Positions 16,688 to 27,358 of a stretch of DNA of 40,113 nucleotides are shown here, piece after piece. Under the pieces are notes generated by a model. It saw only the letters and a list, made by a program, of their open reading frames with translations. It did no database searches and was not told the origin of the DNA. Location: the UHGV virus genome UHGV-0369821; one strand, written 5' to 3'. Source of the stretch: a virus. Numbering within the stretch: the stretch's first letter is position 1; each line of letters starts with the position of its first letter. The translations under genes and the position numbers were made by a program.

Positions 16688-18313
16688 ATGCTGTACAACA
16701 ACCAGTTACCAAAGCAGAAGAGGGAACAGCTCTATTCGTATAGACAACGCTATGTGTCTAACTGGCAACGAGTTGCGGAGTACGTAGAGCCGGACCGGAG
16801 GTTTAACCTGAACGGGGCTGTGCAGGAGGCTACTCCTAACAATGAGGCCTATATTGACACGACCCTTGAGCGAGCCTTGAGGCTGAACGCAACAGGCCAG
16901 CATGAGCTTGTGATGCCCAAAGCCAGCGAATGGTTTACGTTTACTCCACAAGCTAAGGCGGCAGATGCTGACGAAGTAAGTTCTACTATTGAGGACGAGT
17001 ACGCCCTGACGGCAAGGGTAGTGTCCATGTTCATGAGGAACAGCAACCTGCATACAGCCAGCGAGCTTTTCTTCTGGGACAGGGCGGCTTATGGGATTGG
17101 AGCGTTTTGGGCAGAGTGGGACGCGAAGCAAAAGGGGTTTAATTTTTATTCTATACCAGTAGGGACATTCATGGTGGACAAAGACAAATTTGGCCGGATG
17201 AATATGTTTTGCTGGGACGACTGGATGAGGAACCAAGACATTGTGGCTACGTTCCCTGAGGGTAACTTGCCGCAAACTGTTAAGGATAAGTATATTGCAA
17301 ACTCCAACAGTCCGGACAACTACCTTGTGTTCCACTTGTTGGAGCGAGTGGAGCGCACAGGAGATGAAGGACTTGTGAGGCGAGCCAAAGGAAAAGAGTG
17401 GGTGCTTCGTTCGGTGTATGACGCTACAGGAGACGTATTGCTTGAGCAATTCTTTGAGCAATGCCCCGTTATCTGTTGCAACTGTTTTGATTTGCCTAAC
17501 TCCCCGTATGGATATGGGTTTGGGAAGGTTTCATTGGCAGACCAGATTGAATTGGTTAATTGCCTTAAGGCTTTGGCAGAGGCGGCCCAACAGAAGATTT
17601 TCCCGCCGATGCTTGTTCCGGAAGGATTTCAGGGTAATATCGGATATGGAGCGGGCGAGGTAACGACCTTTAACCCGTTGAACATTCAGGCAAGGCCGTC
17701 GCCCCTGTTCCAGCAGTCAGCCCAAACTTCCGATACCCAATGGCAAATTGAGCGTTTTGAGCGTGTCATCAATGAGGCGTGCGACGTTAATTTGTTCATG
17801 CCGTTGTTGCAGGTGAAAGACCCGCAATACATGAAGGCCACGGTAGCGCAGATGATTGAATCCTACTCTGCCCGCATCAGCTCTACGGCGTACACGAGGC
17901 TGATTGAGCAATTCTTGCGGCCATTGGTTGACTTCTGTTATAATACGCTGGTAGCTCAAGGGTATATTCGTCCCCTGCGTGAGTATCACATCCAGTTCTG
18001 CACGCCGTTCCAGATTCTTTTGGATAGGCATCAGCCGACGTTGTTCACAGAGTTCCTGCAAACGGTTGTCATTCCTCTGTCTCAAATTGACCCGACGGTT
18101 CTTGATTCATTGGATGCTAACTATATTTTCCGAAGAAGCATGCTTGATATTGGATTGTCGCCCAAGTATGCTAGGCCTCAAGCTAAGGTGAACCAGATGC
18201 GAAAGGAAAGGGAGGCCGCCCAAAACGAAGCCAACCAGATGGCAAATGCCAAGACATTCTCCGAAGTGCAGAAGAACCTCGGCGCGGCATCCAAAGACAT
18301 GAATATCATTTAA
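16688..18313 (+). CDS. portal protein (by synteny and size)
   Basis: 541 aa, immediately after the terminase and before the scaffold and capsid genes (T7 gp8 is 536 aa). No motif confirmation. Confidence 0.65.
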   Translation: MLYNNQLPKQKREQLYSYRQRYVSNWQRVAEYVEPDRRFNLNGAVQEATPNNEAYIDTTLERALRLNATGQHELVMPKASEWFTFTPQAKAADADEVSSTIEDEYALTARVVSMFMRNSNLHTASELFFWDRAAYGIGAFWAEWDAKQKGFNFYSIPVGTFMVDKDKFGRMNMFCWDDWMRNQDIVATFPEGNLPQTVKDKYIANSNSPDNYLVFHLLERVERTGDEGLVRRAKGKEWVLRSVYDATGDVLLEQFFEQCPVICCNCFDLPNSPYGYGFGKVSLADQIELVNCLKALAEAAQQKIFPPMLVPEGFQGNIGYGAGEVTTFNPLNIQARPSPLFQQSAQTSDTQWQIERFERVINEACDVNLFMPLLQVKDPQYMKATVAQMIESYSARISSTAYTRLIEQFLRPLVDFCYNTLVAQGYIRPLREYHIQFCTPFQILLDRHQPTLFTEFLQTVVIPLSQIDPTVLDSLDANYIFRRSMLDIGLSPKYARPQAKVNQMRKEREAAQNEANQMANAKTFSEVQKNLGAASKDMNII

Positions 18314-18591
18314 TGATGAGAACAGAAGAAAAGTTGGACGTAGTAAGGATTACCTCTCTTTTAGGAGATGAAATAGAGATTCCCAAAGAGGTTTACGACA
18401 AAGCCAAGGAAGTATTGGATTCCGACAGGGACAAATACATCCTGTTTGTACTCAAGGCTATTGCCAGCGGGAGCAGATATAAGCTTCCAGCCGCATTGAA
18501 ATCCCACTTCGATGGAAACAAACTCTTCTACATTGAAGGCATTAACGCACTAATTGAAGTAATAGAAGCATTGTATGAGCGAAAACAATAA
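18313..18591 (+). CDS. hypothetical protein
   Basis: 92-aa ORF with a start/stop overlap to the portal gene (ATGA). Confidence 0.45.
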   Translation: MMRTEEKLDVVRITSLLGDEIEIPKEVYDKAKEVLDSDRDKYILFVLKAIASGSRYKLPAALKSHFDGNKLFYIEGINALIEVIEALYERKQ

Positions 18592-19465
18592 CCCCTCTAC
18601 GGGAGACACTACGCAGACACAGCAACCTCCGGCCCAAGAGCAGACGAAGATGCCGGGAACCATGTCATTGAGCGACCCTGCCTTAACTCAAAAACCGCAG
18701 GAACAGTTCACTATTGACAAGATTGTTAATAATGACGGGACGTTTAAGGAGGGCTGGAATTCCTCTGTCGAAGGCGGCGAGAGCTTGTCTAAGTACAACA
18801 ATATCAATGACTTAATCAAAGGCTTCGTTAATGCAAACAAGCTTATTGGAAAGAAGCAGGAACAGATTTCCCGCCCCGGAGCAGACGCTACGGACGAGCA
18901 AAGGAAAGCATGGCGTGAACACTTGGGCGTTCCGGAGAAAGCCGACGACTATCAAGTGCCTGATGAATATAAAGAGACGGTGGATGCGGAATCTTTTAAG
19001 GAGTTCGCGCAGTTTGCTCACGAACACAACATCCCCGCCGATACCATGCAGGAGCTGTTGCGCTTTCAGGAAAGGTATGCGGCCAAACTTAATGAAGTAA
19101 ACGCCAAGCGTATCGAAGAACAGGCGAAGGAAGCCAGGAAATATTTTCAGGCAGAGTGGGGAGGCTTGTATGAGCGCAACTTCAACTTGCTCAAAGACGG
19201 CCTTGTTCGCGCCGGAATTGACATCGAATCCCCGGAGATGTCTGGCGCATTGAACAATCCCTTCATTCTTTCTGCGCTGTTCGACAAGATTTCCAGCATG
19301 CAGGACGGGACAATGCCTGTTCCCGGGTTCATGAAAGCCAGTGCCAGCGACGCAAAGGAACAAATCATGGGACTGATTAACAAGTATGGTTCCGTCAACC
19401 AGATGCCGCACGACGCAAGGGAGCTGTATCATAGGCTCTTGGCAAACAAAAATATCAAGTGGTAG
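18575..19465 (+). CDS. scaffolding protein (by position and composition)
   Basis: 296 aa, Q/E/K-rich and predicted helical, between the portal and major capsid genes. Confidence 0.55.
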   Translation: MSENNNPSTGDTTQTQQPPAQEQTKMPGTMSLSDPALTQKPQEQFTIDKIVNNDGTFKEGWNSSVEGGESLSKYNNINDLIKGFVNANKLIGKKQEQISRPGADATDEQRKAWREHLGVPEKADDYQVPDEYKETVDAESFKEFAQFAHEHNIPADTMQELLRFQERYAAKLNEVNAKRIEEQAKEARKYFQAEWGGLYERNFNLLKDGLVRAGIDIESPEMSGALNNPFILSALFDKISSMQDGTMPVPGFMKASASDAKEQIMGLINKYGSVNQMPHDARELYHRLLANKNIKW

Positions 19466-19568
19466 TTTTGCATTGCATGCGCAAGCATTCAGTGGTATAT
19501 CTACTTCTGCATTAGTGTGAGTTTTTTTACTCCGGTGTTTTGTCTCACACTAAAAAACAAAAAAATAG

Positions 19569-19620
19569 TGGAGGGCTGGGTTTCTTTGTTCTTCTTTACC
19601 AGCCCTCCATTATTTTTATT
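19569..19620 (+). terminator. rho-independent terminator
   Basis: Perfect 11-bp stem TGGAGGGCTGG / CCAGCCCTCCA with a 19-nt loop, followed by TTATTTTTATT. Confidence 0.55.
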
Positions 19621-19722
19621 GCATTCTCATGTCAGGCATGGCATATTACACCTGCTGTTGGGAAACAGCACAATATCATCAAAGGGATAAATATCGAAGA
19701 GCGATAGCATGGAGAAAATGGG

Positions 19723-19762
19723 GCTGGGAACGTAGTGTGATGCGTTCCCAGCTTTCTTTTTG
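19723..19762 (+). terminator. rho-independent terminator
   Basis: Perfect 10-bp stem GCTGGGAACG / CGTTCCCAGC with a 10-nt loop, followed by TTTCTTTTTGTTG. Confidence 0.6.
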
Positions 19763-19932
19763 TTGATTTTATATTATGGTTAAGCTTTCTTGAGCTTAGA
19801 GCAACCCGTTTTGGACACTTGCTTTAACAACCACATAGTTAGAGGACAGCCGTCTTCCTCATTAAACAGCCCTGCTTTAAGGACACCTGTCGAACACATT
19901 GTGACGGTGAGAACTAAAAGTATAATTGAATT

Positions 19933-20925
19933 ATGGCAAATTACGGAAACTTCCAGACGCTTGCTGTAAACGAGTACACGCCCATGATTTATGCGGCTGT
20001 TCAGCAGACGCGTTCCCACACGGAGCGTTTCATGAGGGTTTACGGCATGAATTCCAGACAGCGCAGGTTCCAAATCATTGACCCTGTGAACTCCACTCAA
20101 ATCACCGACCTGTATGGCGCGACTAACCCGCAACAGGCCGAGTTCCGACAGAGGTGGCTTAAGACGAAAATCTTTAAGTCCACTCATGAAATTTCCCGCA
20201 CGGAAATGCAACAGGCTGGAACCATTGATTCCCCTCTGCCCCGTATCGTTGACGCCGAACGCATGGAAATGCAACGCCGTCGCGACATGGTTGCGGTTGA
20301 AGGCCTCATTGGCACGGCATGGACTGGTGAGAACGGGGACATCCCTGTGACGTTTAACGAAAAGGCAAACACTATCCCTGTGGGATATGTGCGGACTGGC
20401 ACTTACGTTGCGTCCGGTCTGACCTTTGACAAGATTGTGCGGGCCAAGACTATCTTCGGCATGCGCAACGTGCTTGGTCAGGATGTGGAACGTCAGGACT
20501 TGGGCGGCCCCGAAATGGTGATTCTGTGTACGCATGAAGAACTGGCTGCTCTGTACGGCATCAAGGAATTCACGAATATCCTTTACTCCGACCAGAGACC
20601 CATTGCCAGTGGCTATATTGACAACGTGCTTGGCGTCCGCTTCATTGCTCTGACGGCCGACATGCTCCCGTTTGGCAGTCGTCCGCTTGGTGATGCGACC
20701 GACCCGACCAATGGTAATAGCACGGCAAACGTACGAAGCCTTGTCGCTTTCACGATGAACTCTGTTGCCTTTGGCGTGCTTGAAGAGTTGTTCGTGCGAA
20801 TCGAAGAGCTTCCGACCAACCAGTATGTATGGCAGACCTACTCTGAAATCGCAATGGGCGCGACCCGAATCGAAGACAAGGGTGTGCTCAAGATTGACGT
20901 GGCGGGTTCTTCCGGCAACTTCTAA
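19933..20925 (+). CDS. major capsid protein
   Basis: 330 aa following the scaffold gene. The N-terminus MANYGNFQTLAVNEY resembles MSMYTTAQLLAANEQ of lambda gpE-type capsid proteins. Similarity is judged by eye only. Confidence 0.7.
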   Translation: MANYGNFQTLAVNEYTPMIYAAVQQTRSHTERFMRVYGMNSRQRRFQIIDPVNSTQITDLYGATNPQQAEFRQRWLKTKIFKSTHEISRTEMQQAGTIDSPLPRIVDAERMEMQRRRDMVAVEGLIGTAWTGENGDIPVTFNEKANTIPVGYVRTGTYVASGLTFDKIVRAKTIFGMRNVLGQDVERQDLGGPEMVILCTHEELAALYGIKEFTNILYSDQRPIASGYIDNVLGVRFIALTADMLPFGSRPLGDATDPTNGNSTANVRSLVAFTMNSVAFGVLEELFVRIEELPTNQYVWQTYSEIAMGATRIEDKGVLKIDVAGSSGNF

Positions 20926-20950
20926 TCCAACATAGAAAGGCAAAAAAGTT

Positions 20951-21493
20951 ATGGCAGAATATCCTTCTGTAGCAAAAGCGCAGGTTGAAGCCGGGATGCC
21001 TCCGTATTTGAGTGCACAGCTTCAACGAGGACAGGTCTTGAAAAAGACGATTGTGTACAAGGCAGGGGCTACTGAAACCCCTGCGTCTTCGACGATTGTT
21101 GACCTTCCCCTTCCTCCGGGAGTGGTGATTGACGTTTCCTCAATCGCTCTGACGCATGACGGGGTGGGTGCGGGTACTTACTCGCTCAACATCCAAGTTC
21201 TAGACAAGGCGGGTAATGCCAAATATTCCGGAACCGGAATGTTGTCTTTGACGGCAACTGCAACCGCAGGAGAAATTGTGAGAGTTACCTCTGCTTCCTC
21301 ACTATCCCCCGCCGGTGCAATGATTTTTGACCCAGCGCAATATCTTGTCGATAATGGTATCAATATTGACGGGGAAGGGATTACCTACGAACGCCTGAAA
21401 GAGAAGTACAATATTGCTTGTATCGTCTCTAATACTGCGGCTATTGCGGCCAATAAATCTCTCACCATTGTCATGGACCTAATCATCCCCTAA
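20951..21493 (+). CDS. hypothetical structural protein (minor capsid/decoration candidate)
   Basis: 180-aa ORF between the capsid and tail genes. Confidence 0.45.
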   Translation: MAEYPSVAKAQVEAGMPPYLSAQLQRGQVLKKTIVYKAGATETPASSTIVDLPLPPGVVIDVSSIALTHDGVGAGTYSLNIQVLDKAGNAKYSGTGMLSLTATATAGEIVRVTSASSLSPAGAMIFDPAQYLVDNGINIDGEGITYERLKEKYNIACIVSNTAAIAANKSLTIVMDLIIP

Positions 21494-21505
21494 TCTGAAA
21501 AAACA

Positions 21506-22162
21506 ATGACTGACCTTGATATAGCTAACTACGCTTTGGGGTTGCTTGGACAGTACAAAATCCAGAGCTACCCGGAAGTAGGGAAAAAGTCAGTAGAAGG
21601 TCAGGCATTAGAGGCATATCTTCCATTCGCTATTCAAGACGTGATGATTGATGGCGAATGGAACTTCGCCCGGAAAAGGGTAATCATTGAGCCGTCACCG
21701 ACAGAGGTGGCGGCCTTTGGTTATCATAACGCTTTCCCGAAGCCTGACGACCTAGTGACAATAATCTCCGTAAATGGGGAGCCTTGGAATATTCAGGCGC
21801 AGTTTGTGCAGATTGAGGGAGAGTATATCTTGGCAAACGTTGACCAGTTAAGGCTGGTTTACATTGCCTCACCTACGGATGGCACAACGCTTCAAGGGAT
21901 TCCAGACCAGTTAAAACCATTGGTAGGGATTCGATGGGCCTATCTTATCTGTGTTCGGATTACCAACAACATTGAGTTGTACAACATGATAGCGGACATG
22001 TACCAGAGGGAATTGCACCGAATGCGTGATAATGACTTCATCAACAACACGGGTGGACGCTACAACTACCGCAACAAGCTCATGAGCCAGTCCACTTGGG
22101 GCCGCTATCCATTTGGGACGACCGCCCCATATCACGGTTCTCCCACTTACATCCCAGACTAA
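21506..22162 (+). CDS. tail tubular protein A / adaptor-like protein (T7 gp11-like, tentative)
   Basis: The N-terminus TDLDIANYALGLLGQYKIQSYPE is patterned like T7 gp11 [23 protein letters not shown]. Position precedes the giant tail protein. Confidence 0.45.
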   Translation: MTDLDIANYALGLLGQYKIQSYPEVGKKSVEGQALEAYLPFAIQDVMIDGEWNFARKRVIIEPSPTEVAAFGYHNAFPKPDDLVTIISVNGEPWNIQAQFVQIEGEYILANVDQLRLVYIASPTDGTTLQGIPDQLKPLVGIRWAYLICVRITNNIELYNMIADMYQRELHRMRDNDFINNTGGRYNYRNKLMSQSTWGRYPFGTTAPYHGSPTYIPD

Positions 22163-22182
22163 CCTAAAATTCATTCAGCTAT

Positions 22183-25100
22183 ATGGCTACAAATTCCCGG
22201 CAGTTTCAAATGCAACTCAACTTTAACGGGGGGCAAGTTTCCGAAAACTTCACTCCACGAGTTGACATGCAGAAATACCAGACAAGTTGCTCTGTGATGA
22301 GAAACTTCATTCCCAGACAGTTCGGCATGTTAAAGAGGCGTCCGGGATTTGGTTTTGTTGACAGCTTTAAAAATCCTTTTCGGATATTAAAATTCCCTTG
22401 TACCAACAACGAGGAATATATTGTCTGCGTACACTCTGACAACAAATATGAGAGCGGAGGATGCAAGCCGTTTGCGACCATTTATCAATGCGGATATTTT
22501 GGAGACCAGACTAGAAGGTGGGAAGTAAATCTTGATATAGACCCCGTATTCATGCCGGGGGTTAATGGCTGGACTGCGGACAGTTCTTCTGAAAGGCATG
22601 GTAGGTTTTGGGATACGGACTTAGCTAAAATCAAATATGTATCTCAAAACGACAAGATGTGGATAGTGCATCCTGATTTCTTCCCTCTGGAATTAACAAG
22701 GACGGCGAAGCCAGCACAACTTCCGCAGACGTCGATGGCAGAGGACAAGTATGTTGTTGAGTTTGACACCTCCTCAAACACGAATCTTTCCACAAAAAAC
22801 TCTTTGTGTTTTGGTTTGTATGGCGTTAATAGGCTAAATGCAAAAACACAACCTTTCTTTACCTTAAACTTTAAGGACAACAAATCTATTGCTTTTGGTT
22901 TTAGCGGTAGTGGCGCCGATACGAAGTGGGCTATAACTACTTCGGATGGAGTTGTACATCAACTGGAAAACATTGGCGTTAGCTCTGACCAGACTGTAGA
23001 TTTTAGCGATTTCAATAAAAACATACCTATCAACATTTATTGCTTCCTGACGTGGCGAGGAAACAAGCTTTACGCAAGCATAGGATGTAATAACAGTTAT
23101 GGAACGTTAGGCCTCTATAAGTATTCCTCCTCCGAAGTCGAGGTTGATTCTTCTTTGGGCAACTTGTTAAGTTTTGTTATTGGGGGAACTCCGGGGAGTT
23201 CGACCGATGCTCAATCTTATGTTTCTTTCAAAGAAACCTTTAGTTCTGGTTCAGATTTTAGCGGCATTGGGATTAAAGTGAATTTTGGACAAGGAGATGT
23301 GCCTGATAAAAGCTTTAATAACAACGACCACAGGGTGTCGCTAATAATGGCTCAAATGTTTGGAGAAACTTCGAGTGTGTTCAAGCTTAATGATTGTCAA
23401 ATCCAGCAATACAATAATTCCGTTTTCCCCATTAAGCGGATATACGAGAGCGGCACAAATATTTACACGGAAGAAACTGTCATTGATTTCAAGTTAACGA
23501 CGATGGACTTCCTGACTTATCCGAAGAGCGACGACTACTATATTAACAACAAGAATCAGTCGAGCAATCCGGATAGCCCTATGTTTTGCCGCAACCACGA
23601 GACATACCCGGATATTCCGTATTATGTATATGAGGATAAAGACGTAGCACTTAATACTATTAACGCCGTATTCGGTGACAGGTTTTTCCTCTCTGATGGC
23701 TCTGTCTCACAAATTGCAGGGAATGACGGAACGCAAATAGCTGAATGGCTTAAAGACTATACGCCCGGAGATGTTGTCATTGGCTCTTGCCTGATGAACA
23801 AGACAGATGGGGTATTGAATGGTAATATCTACAATTTTAGTACTGGCTCTAATGTAGGAATCCCCATTAACTTTTTCCGCATGGCTAATATTGTGTGCCG
23901 ATACGTGCGAGGCGACTGGACGCTTAGCACCGATGCGGAAGTCGCCACAAGTAAAGGCTGTTTAGTAAGCTATATTGAAAACAATAAAGTTTTCTCCGGT
24001 TATCCTAATGGCGGTGGGTACACAATTTTCCGTGTAAACAATAACTGGTTCTCACAACCTAGAAAACTTAGAATGTCCGGAAGCGATACTCCGGGAGTTT
24101 TTATAGGTCTTGTTTACATTGGCGAGAATGGGGAGGTAAGAACAGATACAGGAGATGCAGAGCAATCTATTGAAATAGATAATAGTAGCGGAGCTTACCA
24201 TACAGACATCCCCTTTTCTGTGTGGCCTAATCAGAAAAGGCTCACATCCACCACTACTGATGCGACGGTATTCCAGAACCTGACCATTATGCCGTTGATG
24301 TATGCTCCTGTGCTGGATGTTATATTTAAAAATTTTTCATCTAATTTCGGCAGAGGGAACTACCAGATAACCCAAACCAACATTAGTGCCACAAATTACT
24401 ATTCGGCTAAATTCAATGACTTGGTGAAGTGCGCCTTTTCTGTAGAGAAAGGCTATCCTTCCTGCATAGCGTTGCGTAATGGGCGGCTGATATTGGCTTC
24501 AACCAAGGCCCAACCCCAAACAATATGGGCTTCCCGTGTTGACAGGTATAATGAGTTCTCTGTGGACGATATGGCAGATTCCGGCTGGGATTTGACGATA
24601 GGTGCGAACCAGAGCCAAAAGATTCAATGGTTGTCTTCCTCTAAGGATTTGATAGTAGGAACAGACATTGGCGAATGGGTGCTGAACGACAGCGACTCAA
24701 GCAATCCTGTACCCATTATTAAAGAGCAATCCAGATGGGGTTCTTCTGTGGCGCAAGGGGAACTGATGACTGAAAGCCTGTTCTTTGTTCCTAGGGACAC
24801 AAAAGGAGTTATTCAGTCTATCTACTCCTTCCAGATTGACGGTTATACCTCCGAGGACGTGACTATCATGGCATCGGATTTGTTTGATAGTGGGATTACG
24901 TCACACTCTATCCAAAAAGACCCTGACCCAATCTGGTGGGGTACTACTGGCGACGGAAGGCTTTTAGGGTTGCTGTATAACCGGGTGCAGGACATCAATG
25001 GCTGGTTCCAATGCGATATTCAAGGAGCCTTCATAAATCAGGTATGCTGTTACAATAACCCGGTAAAAGGCGAAGAAGGATTGATTGTTTCCGTAAAAGG

Positions 25101-26475
25101 TAAAGGCGAGAACGATTTCGTAAACGCCAATCAATACTTCCTCTCTTATATGGAGGACAGCAATCCTTGTGTTGACTTCTTCTCCACGGGGCAGACGAGC
25201 TACACAGATGCTCTGGCCTATGGAGGCTTTGTAAACAATTCGTGGAACAACTTCTCCACGGGGCAGACGAGCTACACAGATGCTCTTAACACTCTAATTG
25301 TAAATGGCTACTTCAAGGAAAACACAAATAGTTCGCAACTCACAGTTCAGGCCAAAACCCCTACAACTCAAAGCTGGATATCAAGATTTTCTTTTTCCTT
25401 CGATGAGTCTGCTATTTTCAACAATCCGGTCGCTAGTGGGAGTGATGTTGAGATAGAATCTTTCCTTTTTGAGAACATGTACAGCCCTTCTCAAGAGGTA
25501 TTAACCAAAGGGCCGTTCAGGATGTTTGTTTTCGACGCAGAGACGCAAGAACTCCTTACTTACTCTATTAACTCGATATTGTTGCCTGACGACACAAATC
25601 AGTTGCCAATCCTTGAGTTCAGTTTCTTAGGGTTGGTGTTGAAGGCTAACCAGAAGATAAGGTGTTACTTCTCTTCGGCATCGGTTCCCTCATGGGAAGG
25701 TGCAGAACAGATTTTGCAGTTATCAGTCTTTGACGAGGCCGGCCATGATGTGCAATATGGATATTTCCCATACATGGATGTGAGAGTTAAAGCTACTACA
25801 TCCAAGATAGAGTGGGACGAAACCAAGCCTGTATATCTGGACATCATTTCAGCTAACGGGCAAACAACCACAGGCTATTGCTTTGGCGGCAATGAGGTAA
25901 ATAATAATTATTCTTATTACCAGCAAGCGCCGGAGGGTGAAGGCTTGTTCTCCCAGAGCCAAATCGTATTTAATGTTAAGTCTGAAATTGAAAACGATAT
26001 TGGCCAAGCCGGGAACAGCGGATTTATTACTCCCCCGTCCAGCACCTCATCGACTCTTCCAAACTTTGTTTTTGGGCTTCATATCTTTTCGGAGTTTATT
26101 TCAATGCCAATGGGGAATGCAAATAATTATGTCATTCCTGCGACCACTACGAAGATTAGCCAACTTAGGTATCAAGTATCACGGGATGAGGGCAACGACG
26201 TAACTCCTTCATCTTCATTCCTTAGTGATGACGGTCTGGCTTATGGTGCGCCAAGGATTCAGGCCACAGTTCAGGCATTGGACTATGATGCCCCGATAGC
26301 TATGGAAAAGAGCACTTCCATGTCGGTATCAACAAACTTGTCTAACGGGAGAGACCATATTGTATTGAGTGGACAAAGCTCTACAGATACAAGACTGTAC
26401 TTTTCCTTAGATGATGCTAAAAAGGTGAACGTATTAGCGGCATACATTTTATATGATTCCACTCTCGTTAGCTGA
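22183..26475 (+). CDS. large tail protein (tubular B / nozzle-like, 1430 aa) with an internal 72-bp tandem duplication
   Basis: Position after the gp11-like gene. Exact 36-bp DNA repeat at 25179 and 25251 (FSTGQTSYTDAL twice). Confidence 0.5.
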   Translation: MATNSRQFQMQLNFNGGQVSENFTPRVDMQKYQTSCSVMRNFIPRQFGMLKRRPGFGFVDSFKNPFRILKFPCTNNEEYIVCVHSDNKYESGGCKPFATIYQCGYFGDQTRRWEVNLDIDPVFMPGVNGWTADSSSERHGRFWDTDLAKIKYVSQNDKMWIVHPDFFPLELTRTAKPAQLPQTSMAEDKYVVEFDTSSNTNLSTKNSLCFGLYGVNRLNAKTQPFFTLNFKDNKSIAFGFSGSGADTKWAITTSDGVVHQLENIGVSSDQTVDFSDFNKNIPINIYCFLTWRGNKLYASIGCNNSYGTLGLYKYSSSEVEVDSSLGNLLSFVIGGTPGSSTDAQSYVSFKETFSSGSDFSGIGIKVNFGQGDVPDKSFNNNDHRVSLIMAQMFGETSSVFKLNDCQIQQYNNSVFPIKRIYESGTNIYTEETVIDFKLTTMDFLTYPKSDDYYINNKNQSSNPDSPMFCRNHETYPDIPYYVYEDKDVALNTINAVFGDRFFLSDGSVSQIAGNDGTQIAEWLKDYTPGDVVIGSCLMNKTDGVLNGNIYNFSTGSNVGIPINFFRMANIVCRYVRGDWTLSTDAEVATSKGCLVSYIENNKVFSGYPNGGGYTIFRVNNNWFSQPRKLRMSGSDTPGVFIGLVYIGENGEVRTDTGDAEQSIEIDNSSGAYHTDIPFSVWPNQKRLTSTTTDATVFQNLTIMPLMYAPVLDVIFKNFSSNFGRGNYQITQTNISATNYYSAKFNDLVKCAFSVEKGYPSCIALRNGRLILASTKAQPQTIWASRVDRYNEFSVDDMADSGWDLTIGANQSQKIQWLSSSKDLIVGTDIGEWVLNDSDSSNPVPIIKEQSRWGSSVAQGELMTESLFFVPRDTKGVIQSIYSFQIDGYTSEDVTIMASDLFDSGITSHSIQKDPDPIWWGTTGDGRLLGLLYNRVQDINGWFQCDIQGAFINQVCCYNNPVKGEEGLIVSVKGKGENDFVNANQYFLSYMEDSNPCVDFFSTGQTSYTDALAYGGFVNNSWNNFSTGQTSYTDALNTLIVNGYFKENTNSSQLTVQAKTPTTQSWISRFSFSFDESAIFNNPVASGSDVEIESFLFENMYSPSQEVLTKGPFRMFVFDAETQELLTYSINSILLPDDTNQLPILEFSFLGLVLKANQKIRCYFSSASVPSWEGAEQILQLSVFDEAGHDVQYGYFPYMDVRVKATTSKIEWDETKPVYLDIISANGQTTTGYCFGGNEVNNNYSYYQQAPEGEGLFSQSQIVFNVKSEIENDIGQAGNSGFITPPSSTSSTLPNFVFGLHIFSEFISMPMGNANNYVIPATTTKISQLRYQVSRDEGNDVTPSSSFLSDDGLAYGAPRIQATVQALDYDAPIAMEKSTSMSVSTNLSNGRDHIVLSGQSSTDTRLYFSLDDAKKVNVLAAYILYDSTLVS

Positions 26476-27358
26476 CACTTCTGGGCTTACTAGTGATGGG
26501 CTTCTTCCTATCACTGGCTTCCCGTCATGGATGTGGGGAAGCGGATTTCTTAACGACCAGTTAAACAACATCCCGGAAATCGCAGAACCCGCCTATAATG
26601 AGTTGTGGACAGACCCCACAACAGGAGTAACTAATGCTCTCCTGCCTTCGATAAGGAGTGATTCTTATCTTGATGGGATATATGACACGGACTATCAGAC
26701 GGGCTATCCGGAGATGCCGCAACCTCCGACATATAATCCTAACACAAGTTATTTGCCGTCAGCGGCTTCTACGAATATATGGCAAGAGAAATCCAGTCCA
26801 AACAAAATAGGTTGGGATGACACCTTCGACGGATTTGGGTTTAACTCTACTACTCTAAAAGGGTTCGGAAGTGTCCTTTCGGATATTTCTTCTTCGTTTA
26901 GTAAGAAGAAAGAGTATGCCAATTATGTTGCCAGTTACGAAAATAAGGCGCAAGCGTTAAGGAATCAGGCAGAATCAGCCTATAAGATTGCGGGAATAAA
27001 TATGTCCCGCCTTAGAGGCAATCAGGCTAAATATCTGGCACAGCAACAGGTTTCTGCGGTGCGTACAGGGTTCGCCCCCACATCAGGTTCTATTAGTGCT
27101 GTACAGAAGGCGACGATGAGCCAGTTCGAGCAACAAATAGGAGACGCTTGGTTGGAGGCAGAGCAGAGGAGGCAAAACACCATGTATCAAGCGAGCGTTG
27201 CGGATTGGCGTGCAAGTCAGGCTAGACAAGCCAGCAAGAGGAGTTCTAAAGGGTTCCTCGGCTCTTTGATTGGTTCGGGGGTTGGCGCCTACTTTGGCGG
27301 CCCGACAGGCATGGCTATTGGCTCTAAAATAGGCACATCATTAAACGGGTTATTCTAA
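26453..27358 (+). CDS. internal virion protein with a C-terminal glycine zipper
   Basis: Position matches T7 gp13/14. C-terminus is GFLGSLIGSGVGAYFGGPTGMAIGSKIG. Confidence 0.5.
   Translation: MIPLSLADTSGLTSDGLLPITGFPSWMWGSGFLNDQLNNIPEIAEPAYNELWTDPTTGVTNALLPSIRSDSYLDGIYDTDYQTGYPEMPQPPTYNPNTSYLPSAASTNIWQEKSSPNKIGWDDTFDGFGFNSTTLKGFGSVLSDISSSFSKKKEYANYVASYENKAQALRNQAESAYKIAGINMSRLRGNQAKYLAQQQVSAVRTGFAPTSGSISAVQKATMSQFEQQIGDAWLEAEQRRQNTMYQASVADWRASQARQASKRSSKGFLGSLIGSGVGAYFGGPTGMAIGSKIGTSLNGLF

Noticed and set aside
19513-19552. Hairpin TAGTGTGAG...CTCACACTA as a terminator
   Set aside because: It is followed by an A-tract on the plus strand and preceded by a T-tract on the minus strand, so it lacks a downstream U-tract in either direction. 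Kept only as a structural hairpin.
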